Origin: Ostreococcus lucimarinus
Taxonomy: Eukaryota
Direction: 5' to 3' (one strand)
Length of the DNA: 64,000 nucleotides
NCBI GenBank assembly: GCA_000092065.1
Contig: CP000594.1
Of this stretch, positions 53,364-62,165 are shown piece by piece. Position 1 is the stretch's first letter; the number at the start of each line of letters is the position of its first letter. The position numbers and the translations under genes were made by a program. The notes under the pieces were generated by a model, which made no database searches, was not told the origin of the DNA, and saw nothing but the letters and a program-made list of their open reading frames with translations.

Positions 53364-53905
53364 CGGCGCGCGCGCGACGCGGCGTCGCGCGGTGAAGTGC
53401 GACAGCGCGTCCCGGTCGTTCGTTCAAACGTTCGCGTCACACGTCGACGCGACGACGCGCTCGATCGCGCGCGCGCTCGCGAGCTCGAACGCAGGCGCGC
53501 ATCGCGCGGTCGTCGACGCATGCGCGCGAGGCGAACGGGCGCGGCGGCGGCGAACGAGGACGACGCGCGATTGGCCAAGTATCTCGTCGTGAACGCGGAA
53601 AACGTCGCGCACAACGCGCGAGTGAGCGCGCGAGTGTTCACGTACCTGAGCATCGTGTCCGGAATCGCGATCGGCGCGCTCGGATACACCGGAGTGCGAG
53701 GGTTCGCGGCGCACGGGGTGTTTATGCTGGCGAGCGCGTGCGCGGTGGCGGCGAGCAAGTGCGAGGGACGACCGACGAGTTTCTTTCCGTCCGTCGATAA
53801 GGTGTTCCTGGACGGACCGAACGCTGGATTGCCGACGTTTGTGTTGTTTTGGACGCTGTCGTATAATTGCTGGCACTTGTTTTAGACGGTCGGAGGAGAG
53901 GGATC

Positions 53906-56035
53906 ATGAACACGGCGGCGCTGGTGAAGCGACAGCGGCGACCGGTGACGTATTCGCTTCCGCAGCCCGAGTACGCGAACAAGCACGTCGGTGGGGTGAA
54001 CGCGGTGGACTTGGGAGGAGAGGGATCCGATAGCATATTCACCGGTGGGCGCGATGGGACGGTTCGGATGTGGGATCTGTCGGCGGGGATGCCAGCGTGC
54101 GCGCGGCGGTTTGAAGGTCACGGCGGGTGGGTGAACGACGTCGCGAGAGTGTCGAGCACACATTTGGCGAGCGCTTCTAGCGATCACACCGTGCGGCTGT
54201 GGGATATAAGTGAAGGATCGATGTCGTCGTCTTGCGCGGTGGCTTTGCAGGGACACACAGATTACGTCATGGCGTTGGCGTGCGCGTCGGAACGCTTGGA
54301 AGGAAAGTTTGCTTCGGGCGGGCTCAATCGCGAGATTTTCTTGTGGGACATCGAGCGATGTCTCGCGATCAATGCCGCGCCGTCGTATCTAAGCGTGAAG
54401 AATGATGGATGCGTCACCGCGCTGGGGGGCTCGAAGGAGTCCATCTACGCTTTGGGTATGGATGGGACTGGAAACTTGCTCGTCTCCGGCGGTACCGAGC
54501 TCGCGCTTCGCGTGTGGGACACGCGGAGCGCTCAAAAGGAAGGCAAACTCAAGGGACACACAGACAATGTTCGAGCAATCGTCGTCGACACGGATGGTAA
54601 AAAGTGCGTCACAGCGTCGAGCGATAGAACGATTCGTGTTTGGGACATTGGCGAGCAGCGATGCGTGCAGACGTTTGCGGGCATGCACACCGGGTCAATT
54701 TGGGCGCTCGCGTGCAACCGCGATTTCACTCGTGTATACTCGGGAGGTATCGATGCCCGGATATGCGTCACGTCGTTGCGTGATAGGAAAAGTAGTTTAG
54801 TCGCGAACGAATCGGCGGCTATTTTAAAGCTGCGCCTAGACGAGTCAACGCGCGCGAGCGGTTTCGCCGCGCACTCGTCGGACGGCGACTTGTGGACCGC
54901 CACTGCGTCGCGGTCGATCAAGCGCTGGCCGACGATCATCCCGGGCGAAGATGGCTCATCAGCGAACGTAGAAGACTCTCATGGAACGCCGACGAGCACC
55001 TCGTTCTCGCGTCGCGCCGCTGGATCGAGTCTTTTGCGGCAGCCGGGAACGTGGTTCGACGTCGGTTCGCCCGGGGCATTTTCGTTCGGCGGCACGACGC
55101 CGCGAAAGTTCGATAACTGGGGCGATCCGCACGATCGTGAGCCCCAGGACTTAGTGCCGTCGATGGAGATTATCGGTGTGAGCCCGATCGTTCGTCACAG
55201 CGTGCTGAAGAACAAGATGGAGGTGTTGACGCAAGACTCCATGGGTGCCATCGCGCTGTGGGACGTGTCGCGATCGACCCCAATACGCACGTTCGACGGC
55301 GTCACCGATGGATCAGACTTCGAAATTTTACTCGAAAATGAAAGTTTGAATCCAGATGTCGTCGTTCCATCGTGGTTTACCTGCAACACTCGTAGTGGTT
55401 CGCTCGCCATCACGCTCTCGCCAAGTTCGGCGTTCAACGCCGAGGCGTACGCGAGCGATCTGGGTATCGCTGACGCCGCGCCGGACGAGCGAAGAAATTT
55501 AGGTGTCGAAATCATTCGACTATTGATGGATGAGTGGGTAGAAAAATTTACGTCGTCGAAACCTCCGCGATCAACGAAACGGGCGTTCGCCGAGCCGCTC
55601 CCGAGCGAGTGTGCGGTTTCGTTCGCGCACCCCATCGACGACAGCGGTCGCGTGTGCGTCAAGATTCGCGAAGACTTCTCGGGCACACCCACCGAGCGTG
55701 AGTTGCTTCCCAAATGGTTCGCCGATCACGCCCTGAATCAAGCGCCCGAGCCGGAATCTCCAAAGATCAGTTTCCGCCTCGCCCCTCGCGCAGGCTCGGG
55801 TCTCGCTGAAATTTCCCCCGCGAGCGTCTCGGCGCCCAAGATTCTCGGCGCTCAGAAGATTCGCGAATACATCGCACAGAAGTTAGACGAAACAGATGGC
55901 GGAACGAGCACCGATGCCAGCGCGCTCGCGCTCTGGTGCGCCGGCCAACCCGTGCCGTCGTCGGCCACGCTCGCCGCCGCGCTCGCGCGCGTCTGGAAAA
56001 AATCGCCCCCGATCGAGCTCGAGTACTCCAACTAG
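53906..56035 (+). CDS. WDR48: WDR48/UAF1-like WD40-repeat protein (deubiquitinase activator family).
   Basis: N-terminal WD40 blades align closely with WDR48 (GGRDGTVRMWDL..., SASSDHTVRLWDI..., GGLNREIFLWDI..., GHTDNVRAIVVDTDGKKCVTASSDRTIRVWDI..., VYSGGIDARI). ATG at 53906. The listed start is TTG. Confidence 0.8.
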   Translation: MNTAALVKRQRRPVTYSLPQPEYANKHVGGVNAVDLGGEGSDSIFTGGRDGTVRMWDLSAGMPACARRFEGHGGWVNDVARVSSTHLASASSDHTVRLWDISEGSMSSSCAVALQGHTDYVMALACASERLEGKFASGGLNREIFLWDIERCLAINAAPSYLSVKNDGCVTALGGSKESIYALGMDGTGNLLVSGGTELALRVWDTRSAQKEGKLKGHTDNVRAIVVDTDGKKCVTASSDRTIRVWDIGEQRCVQTFAGMHTGSIWALACNRDFTRVYSGGIDARICVTSLRDRKSSLVANESAAILKLRLDESTRASGFAAHSSDGDLWTATASRSIKRWPTIIPGEDGSSANVEDSHGTPTSTSFSRRAAGSSLLRQPGTWFDVGSPGAFSFGGTTPRKFDNWGDPHDREPQDLVPSMEIIGVSPIVRHSVLKNKMEVLTQDSMGAIALWDVSRSTPIRTFDGVTDGSDFEILLENESLNPDVVVPSWFTCNTRSGSLAITLSPSSAFNAEAYASDLGIADAAPDERRNLGVEIIRLLMDEWVEKFTSSKPPRSTKRAFAEPLPSECAVSFAHPIDDSGRVCVKIREDFSGTPTERELLPKWFADHALNQAPEPESPKISFRLAPRAGSGLAEISPASVSAPKILGAQKIREYIAQKLDETDGGTSTDASALALWCAGQPVPSSATLAAALARVWKKSPPIELEYSN

Positions 56036-56078
56036 CCGCGATCGCAACGTTCATCGTCGCGCCTGTTGTCATCTCCAC

Positions 56079-56089
56079 AAAAAAAAATT
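56079..56089 (-). terminator. Poly-T RNA polymerase III terminator (T9 run on the minus strand) immediately 3' of tRNA-Ser.
   Basis: aaaaaaaaatt on the plus strand, directly abutting the tRNA 3' end. Confidence 0.7.
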
Positions 56090-56171
56090 CGCATTCGGCA
56101 GGATTTGAACCTACGCACGGAGACCGTATTCGATTTCTAGTCGAACCCCTTAACCACTCGGGCACGAATGC
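56090..56171 (-). tRNA. tRNA-Ser(AGA), type II with a long variable arm.
   Basis: Minus-strand GCATTCGTGCCCGAGTGGTTAAGGGGTTCGACTAGAAATCGAATACGGTCTCCGTGCGTAGGTTCAAATCCTGCCGAATGCG. Acceptor stem 7 bp perfect. Anticodon loop CUAGAAA. Close to animal tRNA-Ser-AGA. Confidence 0.9.
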
Positions 56172-56977
56172 TCGTCGCGGACGCCGCGCGCTTCGACACA
56201 TGGTCAAATCACACATTAAATACGTCGCACACACACCTAAAAAAACATAAACTTCAATCTCAGACCCCCGACGCGATCGCGCGACGCGTGTTACAGGTTT
56301 TTCCCGATCCCCCTCGATCGCGCGCCGACGTCACGCGATCGCGTCGCCGCGCGGTCGATCGATCGCCGATCGCCGTCGTCGAACCTCGCCGCGTCGATCG
56401 ATGATCACGCGCGGACGATGCGGTGAGGTTCGACGCCCGCGCGGGCGCGTCGATCGCGAATATTCTCGAGACGTCGGGCCGCCGCGCGCACTTTACTTTA
56501 CGTCGCGTGGTCGAACGACACACAGCAGGTGCGCGAGCGATGCGAGCGCGCGTGACCGAGACGCGCGCGCGCGGGAAATATTCCGCCGCGCGTTCGCGCG
56601 CGCGGAGGCGCGGCGCGGCGCGGGATCGGGGCGAACGGACGCGCGATGGGACGCGCGCGCGATGATGATCCGTCCGCGGCGGCGGGTTATCTTGACGCGT
56701 GGCGTCGCGCGCGACGCGAATATGTCGGGGCTCGCGCGGTAATACCGCGCGGGAAATCGCGTGCGTCGATCCTGCGCGTCCGTGGGGGATGTCGCGGCGC
56801 GATCGCGCGGTGGGATGGGAAGATGTTGAAGATCTTGGATTTTTGGGACGAGGCGCGGGTGACGGCGCGCGGCGGCGCGGACGTCGAGGCGAAACGAACG
56901 AACCGGAAGACTGACGACGGCGAACGCGCTGAAAACGAGCAGTAAACCGCACATCAACACACTCCACAGACATAAAT

Positions 56978-58141
56978 ATGGGATTTCTTTTCACTTCCGA
57001 ATCCGTGAACGAGGGTCACCCGGATAAGCTCGCGGATCAAATCTCCGACGGCATCTTGGATGCGTGCCTCGCGCAAGATCCGGATTCCAAGGTTGCGTGC
57101 GAGACCGCGACGAAGACCAACATGGTGATGGTTTTCGGTGAAATCACGACCAAGGCCAAGGTTGACTACGAAGCCGTCGTGCGCCAAGTGTGCCGCGACG
57201 TCGGTTTCATCTCTGATGAAACCGGCTTGGACGGTAACAAGTGCCGCGTGCTCGTCGAGTTGCACGACCAATCCCCGGACATTGGTCAAGGTGTGCACGG
57301 TATGGGCACCAAGTCCGATGAAGACATCGGTGCGGGTGACCAAGGTCACATGTTTGGCTACGCCACGGATGAAACTCCGGAACTCATGCCGTTGACGCAC
57401 GTTTTGGCCACCAAGCTCGGTCACCGCCTCACCGTCGTCCGCAAGGATGGTACGTGCCCGTGGGTGCTCCCGGATGGTAAGACGCAAGTCACCATCGAGT
57501 ACGAAAACGAAGGCGGCGCCATGGTGCCGAAGCGCGTGCACACCATCTTGATCTCCACCCAACACATCGAGGGCGTGACGAACGAGAAGATCGCCGAGGA
57601 TCTCATGAACGAAGTCATCAAGAAGGTTGTCCCGGAAAAGTACTTGGACGCCGACACCATCTTCCACTTGAACCCGTCTGGACGTTTCGTCATCGGTGGC
57701 CCGCACGGTGACGCCGGTTTGACCGGTCGTAAGATTATCATCGACACCTACGGTGGCTGGGGCGCGCACGGCGGTGGCGCCTTCTCCGGTAAGGACCCGA
57801 CCAAGGTCGACCGCTCTGGCGCGTACATCTCCCGCCAAGCGGCCAAGTCCGTCGTCGCCGCGGGTCTCGCGCGCCGATGCTTGTTCCAAATCTCCTACGC
57901 CATCGGCGTCGCCGAGCCGTTGTCCGTGCACGTCGACACCTACGGCACCGGTAAGATTCCGGATTCCGAAATCCTCGCCAAGGTCAAGGCCGCGTTCGAT
58001 TTCCGTCCGGGCATGATGGGCAAGGCGCTCGACCTCAAGCGCGGCGGTAACAAGCGTTACCAAACCACCGCCGCCTACGGTCACTTCGGCCGCGATGAAG
58101 ACCTCGACATCTTCACCTGGGAAAAGGTCGTCCCGCTCTAA
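56978..58141 (+). CDS. MAT: S-adenosylmethionine synthetase (methionine adenosyltransferase).
   Basis: [31 protein letters not shown]...GEITTKA...[12 protein letters not shown]..., a full-length canonical MAT. ATG at 56978. Confidence 0.95.
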   Translation: MGFLFTSESVNEGHPDKLADQISDGILDACLAQDPDSKVACETATKTNMVMVFGEITTKAKVDYEAVVRQVCRDVGFISDETGLDGNKCRVLVELHDQSPDIGQGVHGMGTKSDEDIGAGDQGHMFGYATDETPELMPLTHVLATKLGHRLTVVRKDGTCPWVLPDGKTQVTIEYENEGGAMVPKRVHTILISTQHIEGVTNEKIAEDLMNEVIKKVVPEKYLDADTIFHLNPSGRFVIGGPHGDAGLTGRKIIIDTYGGWGAHGGGAFSGKDPTKVDRSGAYISRQAAKSVVAAGLARRCLFQISYAIGVAEPLSVHVDTYGTGKIPDSEILAKVKAAFDFRPGMMGKALDLKRGGNKRYQTTAAYGHFGRDEDLDIFTWEKVVPL

Positions 58142-58398
58142 GATAAAGTAACGAAGCCGTCGGCGCGGCGCGTCTCCTCGCGCGCGGCGTCGTCCCGACC
58201 CCGCGCGCGCGTCGTCCCCGCGCCGCACACGTTTGTCAAATTTTTAGACGGCGAGCATTTCGCTGTCCGACGGAACAGTCGGAATCATCACTAGACGAGT
58301 CGTAAGGATATTATTACGTTGTGAGGAGAGCCACCGTATAGAGCACTCGCGCCTTCGCGCATTCATGCATTCGCTCGCGTCACGCCGCGCCTCGGGCG

Positions 58399-59193
58399 AT
58401 GCCCGCGCGCGCGTCCGCGCCGCCTCGTCCCGCCGCGCGCGCGCGTCGCCCTCGCGCGCCGCGCCGCGCGTCGCGCGTCCCGCGCGCGTCCCCCCTCGAC
58501 CGCATCGATCCCGCCGCCGTCGTCGCCCGCCTCGCCGAGGCCGCGCTCGCCTCGCCGCTCGTCCTCAAGCGCTGCGACGACGTCCGCGTCGTCGTCGACG
58601 CCGACCTCGCGCGCGCGCTCGCGCTCGGCGAGCTCGGCGGCGCGCGCGTGCGCGGCCGCGGCTGGTCGAGCCCGCGCGACTTGACCGCGCGCGACGTCGA
58701 GCTCGTCGCGCGCGACGTCCGCGTCGACTGGAGCGCGGCGATGGCGATGCGAGGGGTGGTGCTCACGCGACCGGCGCGCGGCGAGGCGCGCCTGACGCTC
58801 GACGGGAGGGATTTCGAGAATTTCTTGAGGCACCCGCTGGCGAGACGCGCGGCGCGCGACGAAGCGTTCGAGTTCGAGCGAGGCGACGTCGCGAGCGACG
58901 ACGACGACGGGTACCTGGAGTGCGACGTGGTGATGCGAGACGGCGGCGCGCGGCGAACGGTGCGAATGCGACCGGGAGAGGGATCGACGGTTCGCGCGAC
59001 GTCGCGCGGCGACGGGGACGAGACGCTCGAGCGCGCGTTGGAGACGTTTTTCGAGCGACTCGTCCTCGATTTAGACGGCACGGAGCTGCGGTATCGCGAC
59101 ATGACGATCGACGCGCGCGCGACGGCGCCGACGGTGACGTTCGAGCTCGATCTGTGCGTCAAAAGGTTTCCGTCGCCCGGGATACGGTTTTAG
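58399..59193 (+). CDS. Hypothetical protein with an R/A-rich organelle-targeting-like N-terminus.
   Basis: ATG-initiated 264-aa ORF. The C-terminal two thirds have normal composition (DFENFLRHPLA...GYLECDVVMRDGGARRTVRMRPGEGSTVRATSRGDGDETLERALETFFERLVLDLDGTELRYRDMTIDA...). No family recognised. Confidence 0.35.
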   Translation: MPARASAPPRPAARARRPRAPRRASRVPRASPLDRIDPAAVVARLAEAALASPLVLKRCDDVRVVVDADLARALALGELGGARVRGRGWSSPRDLTARDVELVARDVRVDWSAAMAMRGVVLTRPARGEARLTLDGRDFENFLRHPLARRAARDEAFEFERGDVASDDDDGYLECDVVMRDGGARRTVRMRPGEGSTVRATSRGDGDETLERALETFFERLVLDLDGTELRYRDMTIDARATAPTVTFELDLCVKRFPSPGIRF

Positions 59194-59749
59194 CTCGCGT
59201 TCTCTCGCTCGCGCGCGAGACGCGCGCCTCTAATTCTAGCTCTACACATCTAGTTCGCGTTTTCCGGCGCCCGCGTTCGCCTCGACGCCTCCCTCGTCAC
59301 CGCCCGCATCGCGCTCGGCGGCCACAGCACCGCGGCGATCCGTCCTCGAAGCGCCCCCGTCGGCGTCTCGCCCGCGTCGCCGTCGTCTCGCGCGTCGCGT
59401 CCTCGCCATCCCGCGTCCGCTCGCAGCGCGCACGTCCCTCGCGAGGGCCCTCGCACGGCGTCGACGCGCTGAATCACGATGCCGTCGCCGTCGCGCGCGC
59501 GCACGGCGACGACGTCTCCCGCGTCGATCGCGCCGCGCGCGACGCTCGCGCGGTCGCACCACACCACCACCGCCTCGAACGCGTCGCGCGCGTCGCTCGA
59601 CGCGCTCGCGCGCCGCGCGAGCGCGCGCTCGGGCGCGCCGACGCGGTCGCCGACGACGGCGCCGAGCGCGAGCGCGAGCGCGCCGTCGCGCGCGACGCGC
59701 CGAAGCGTCATGCTCTGCCGCGCCGTCCCGGTCGCACTTCGCGACGCGC

Positions 59750-61018
59750 ATGCGCGACGCGCGGCGCCGCGCGCGCGCGCCGCGCGCGCGAATCGTCGCG
59801 GCGCTCGCGCTCGCGCTCGTCGCGGCGCGCGCGCGCGCGGGACGCGCGCGCGAGGCGACGGGACGCGCGAACGATGGCGACGACGTCGCGGCGCTGCGCG
59901 ACGCGCTGCCGAGCGACGGCGCGACGCTGAGCGAACTGTTCAGGTGGTCGATCGAGGCGGGACACCCGCGCGCGTCGAGCGACGCCGACGATCGGGCGCG
60001 CGGCGACGCGGGTCGGGCGGAGGGTTGGCGCGCGAGGGCGCGCGCGGCGCTCGCGCGAGCGACGGGACGACGCGACGACGGCGCGAGCGCGGTCGACGCG
60101 ATCGACGACGACGAGGGCGCGGAAGCGGAAGCGGGACGGTCGAAGACGGTGGATTCGATCGAGTCGAGGAAGAGGGAGGTGCGGGAGGCGCTGGACGCGA
60201 TGGCGGCGGCGCCGAGTCCGCACGCGCTCGCGCGAGAGTGCGGCGAAGTGGTGAGGGACGCGCGTAAGAATGAAACCAAGGCGCGAAGGGTGCGCGCGCT
60301 GGAGATTTTGTACGATTTGGTGGCGCCGATCGAGTTGGCGAACGATTTGGATAAGCTCGGGGTGGCGGAGGCGCTGATCGGGGCGCTGAGGGACGAGGAC
60401 GAGGACGTGGCGAGCGCGGCGGCGAGCGCGCTCGCGGCGGCGGCGTCGAATAACGTCGTCGTGCAGGGGATCATTCACGAGAGACGAGGGTTCGATGCGC
60501 TTTTAGAGCTCGTGTCGTCGCCCGCGACGCCCGCGGAGGTGCGTCATAAGTCGTTGTGGGTGCTCGGGATGTGCGCGCGGACGCACGAGGCGTCGCGCGC
60601 CGACTTTTTCGCCGCGGGCGGCGCCGGCGTGTTGGCTGATATTTTGTCTCCGAAAACGCCGGTCAAGACGCGCACGCGCGCGATGGTCTTATTCGGCGAC
60701 TTAGTTCTCATCGACGGCGTCGCGGACGCGATGTTTGCCGACGTAAAAGTCGCGAAATCCTTACTCGAGGACGTCGTCGCGAGCGCGCTCGACGCCGACG
60801 CCTCGCTCGACGCGCGCGAGAAAGCGATCGGCGCGCTTCTCGCCGCGCGCGAGCGCGGCCCTGAGATCGTGCGACATACGCTCGACGGATTCAAGCGCGA
60901 TCTCTCGACGCTCGCCGACGCGTTCGACGCCGCGGCAAAGGCGGAGGACGACGACTCCGCCGCCGACATCAGTCGTCTCGCGCGCGCGTTGAGCGTCTCG
61001 CCAAGGGTTGAATTGTAG
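59750..61018 (+). CDS. Fes1/HspBP1/Sil1-family armadillo-repeat Hsp70 nucleotide-exchange factor. Possibly ER-luminal and Sil1-like, given the signal-peptide-like N-terminus.
   Basis: N-terminal LSELFRWSIEAG resembles the Fes1 N-terminal WSI motif. ARM-like repeats (LEILYDLVAPIELANDLDKLG, ALIGALRDEDEDVASAAASALAAAASNN, ALLELVSSPATPAEVRHKSLWVLGMCA). Hydrophobic N-terminus IVAALALALVAARARA. ATG at 59750. Confidence 0.5.
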   Translation: MRDARRRARAPRARIVAALALALVAARARAGRAREATGRANDGDDVAALRDALPSDGATLSELFRWSIEAGHPRASSDADDRARGDAGRAEGWRARARAALARATGRRDDGASAVDAIDDDEGAEAEAGRSKTVDSIESRKREVREALDAMAAAPSPHALARECGEVVRDARKNETKARRVRALEILYDLVAPIELANDLDKLGVAEALIGALRDEDEDVASAAASALAAAASNNVVVQGIIHERRGFDALLELVSSPATPAEVRHKSLWVLGMCARTHEASRADFFAAGGAGVLADILSPKTPVKTRTRAMVLFGDLVLIDGVADAMFADVKVAKSLLEDVVASALDADASLDAREKAIGALLAARERGPEIVRHTLDGFKRDLSTLADAFDAAAKAEDDDSAADISRLARALSVSPRVEL

Positions 61019-61164
61019 CGCGCGCGCGTTGAAATAGCATCCTCGTTCGTTGGTCATGTGGACTTCTTCATCATCACATTTCTACTAGTGTTAGATGGCG
61101 CCTCGCTCGCGTCGTCGATCTCGAAAGACCGCCTCCGCTCGCGCGCGCTCGCGCCTCGCCCCGC

Positions 61165-61917
61165 TCAGATGCGGTCGCGCGGCCCGACGACGGCCGGTTG
61201 CTGCGGGCCGACCGTGATCGGAAGCTTGGCGTCCTTCGCCCCCTTCACGCCGTACCCGACGGTCAACAAACCCGCGGAAACGGCCAAGAGCGAGTACACG
61301 GCCTCGCGTCGGCCCAAGCCTTGCGCCGCGTATTCGAAAAACGCCGCCTGTTGATCCGGGTATCGGCTCGACGCGTCGACGCCGTAGACGTCCCACGACC
61401 CCGTCGTCGCCTCGACGTCGGACAGATCGAAGTACACCGACTCATCGCCGTACTTCGCGTTCGTCTTCATCGCGCTGCATCGTTCGCAAACCACCGCGCG
61501 CGCCGTCAGTCCCTCGTCCCGCCGTCTCGCCCTCGCGCCCCGCTCGCTATCCGTCCCGATCGCGCCCCTCGCGCGCGTCTCCGCCCCTTTTCCGAACCCT
61601 CGTCGCCGCTCGCGCCGCGTCCCGCTCGCGTCGCGCGCGCGCGTCCTGGAGCGCGTCTCGCGCCCCTCGCACGCCCATCGTTCGCTCGCGTCGCGCGTCG
61701 TCGCGCGTCGCGTCGTCGTCCCGCGTCGCTCGAGATACGATCGCGATTCGCCCCTCGCGCGCCGCGCGTCGTTCGCGCGCGATCGCGCGTCGCGTCGCGT
61801 CACGCGCGGTCGATCGCGACGTCGCGGCACGCACCGTTCGCGTCGCGCGCGCGTCGAGCGCGGCGCGCGCACGGCGACGCCGGTGGCGAACGAGGTGGTC
61901 TTCGCGGTGGCGAACAT
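61165..61917 (-). CDS. PSAH: Photosystem I reaction centre subunit VI (PsaH) precursor. Two exons: 61917-61835 and 61474-61165, with a 360-nt GC-rich intron at 61475-61834.
   Basis: Exon 2 encodes KYGDESVYFDLSDVEATTGSWDVYGVDASSRYPDQQAAFFEYAAQG...LLTVGYGV...LPITVGPQQPAVVGPRD, which matches the plant PsaH mature protein ([32 protein letters not shown]...LPIKRGPQEPPKLGPRG). Exon 1 (ATG at 61917) encodes transit peptide MFATAKTTSFATGVAVRAPRSTRARRE. Donor GTGCGT. Branch-like ACTGAC 33 nt upstream of the acceptor TGCAG|. Confidence 0.6.
   Translation of the reverse strand: MFATAKTTSFATGVAVRAPRSTRARRERCVPRRRDRPRVTRRDARSRANDARRARGESRSYLERRGTTTRRATTRDASERWACEGRETRSRTRARDASGTRRERRRGFGKGAETRARGAIGTDSERGARARRRDEGLTARAVVCERCSAMKTNAKYGDESVYFDLSDVEATTGSWDVYGVDASSRYPDQQAAFFEYAAQGLGRREAVYSLLAVSAGLLTVGYGVKGAKDAKLPITVGPQQPAVVGPRDRI
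61475..61834 (-). other. Predicted spliceosomal intron of PsaH (360 nt, GTGCGT...CTGAC...CAG), rich in CGCGACG-type low-complexity sequence.
   Basis: Without splicing, the transit peptide and the mature PsaH are separated by ~120 codons of Arg-rich nonsense. Phase-2 exon junctions are compatible. Confidence 0.45.
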
Positions 61918-62165
61918 GGCGCGTCGGGGTGTGGCGACCGGGGATTCGTTTCTCCGTATTCGACGTCCATCGAACGCCATCATAGGGACGTCGATCGCGG
62001 TTTATCGCGATCCACGTGGATTCGGCGCGATCGCGTGTGGAATCGGGGGGACGCGCGATGGTATTATACGTCATCGAGGGGTATATAATGCGTCGAAGTT
62101 TTACTATATAGAGGAGCGCGATCGGTCGGACGGTCGGTCGGACGCGGTCGGTCGGACGGCGCGCG

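Noticed and set aside
58363-60478. Multiple overlapping ORFs on both strands (58365-59930, 58380-59162, 59242-60474, 59479-60267, 59708-60478).
   Set aside because: Extreme GC content makes every frame open. Only the 58399-59193 and 59750-61018 frames have protein-like composition or homology.
61198-62088. Plus-strand 296-aa ORF.
   Set aside because: Antisense to the PsaH exon and intron. Arg-rich nonsense.
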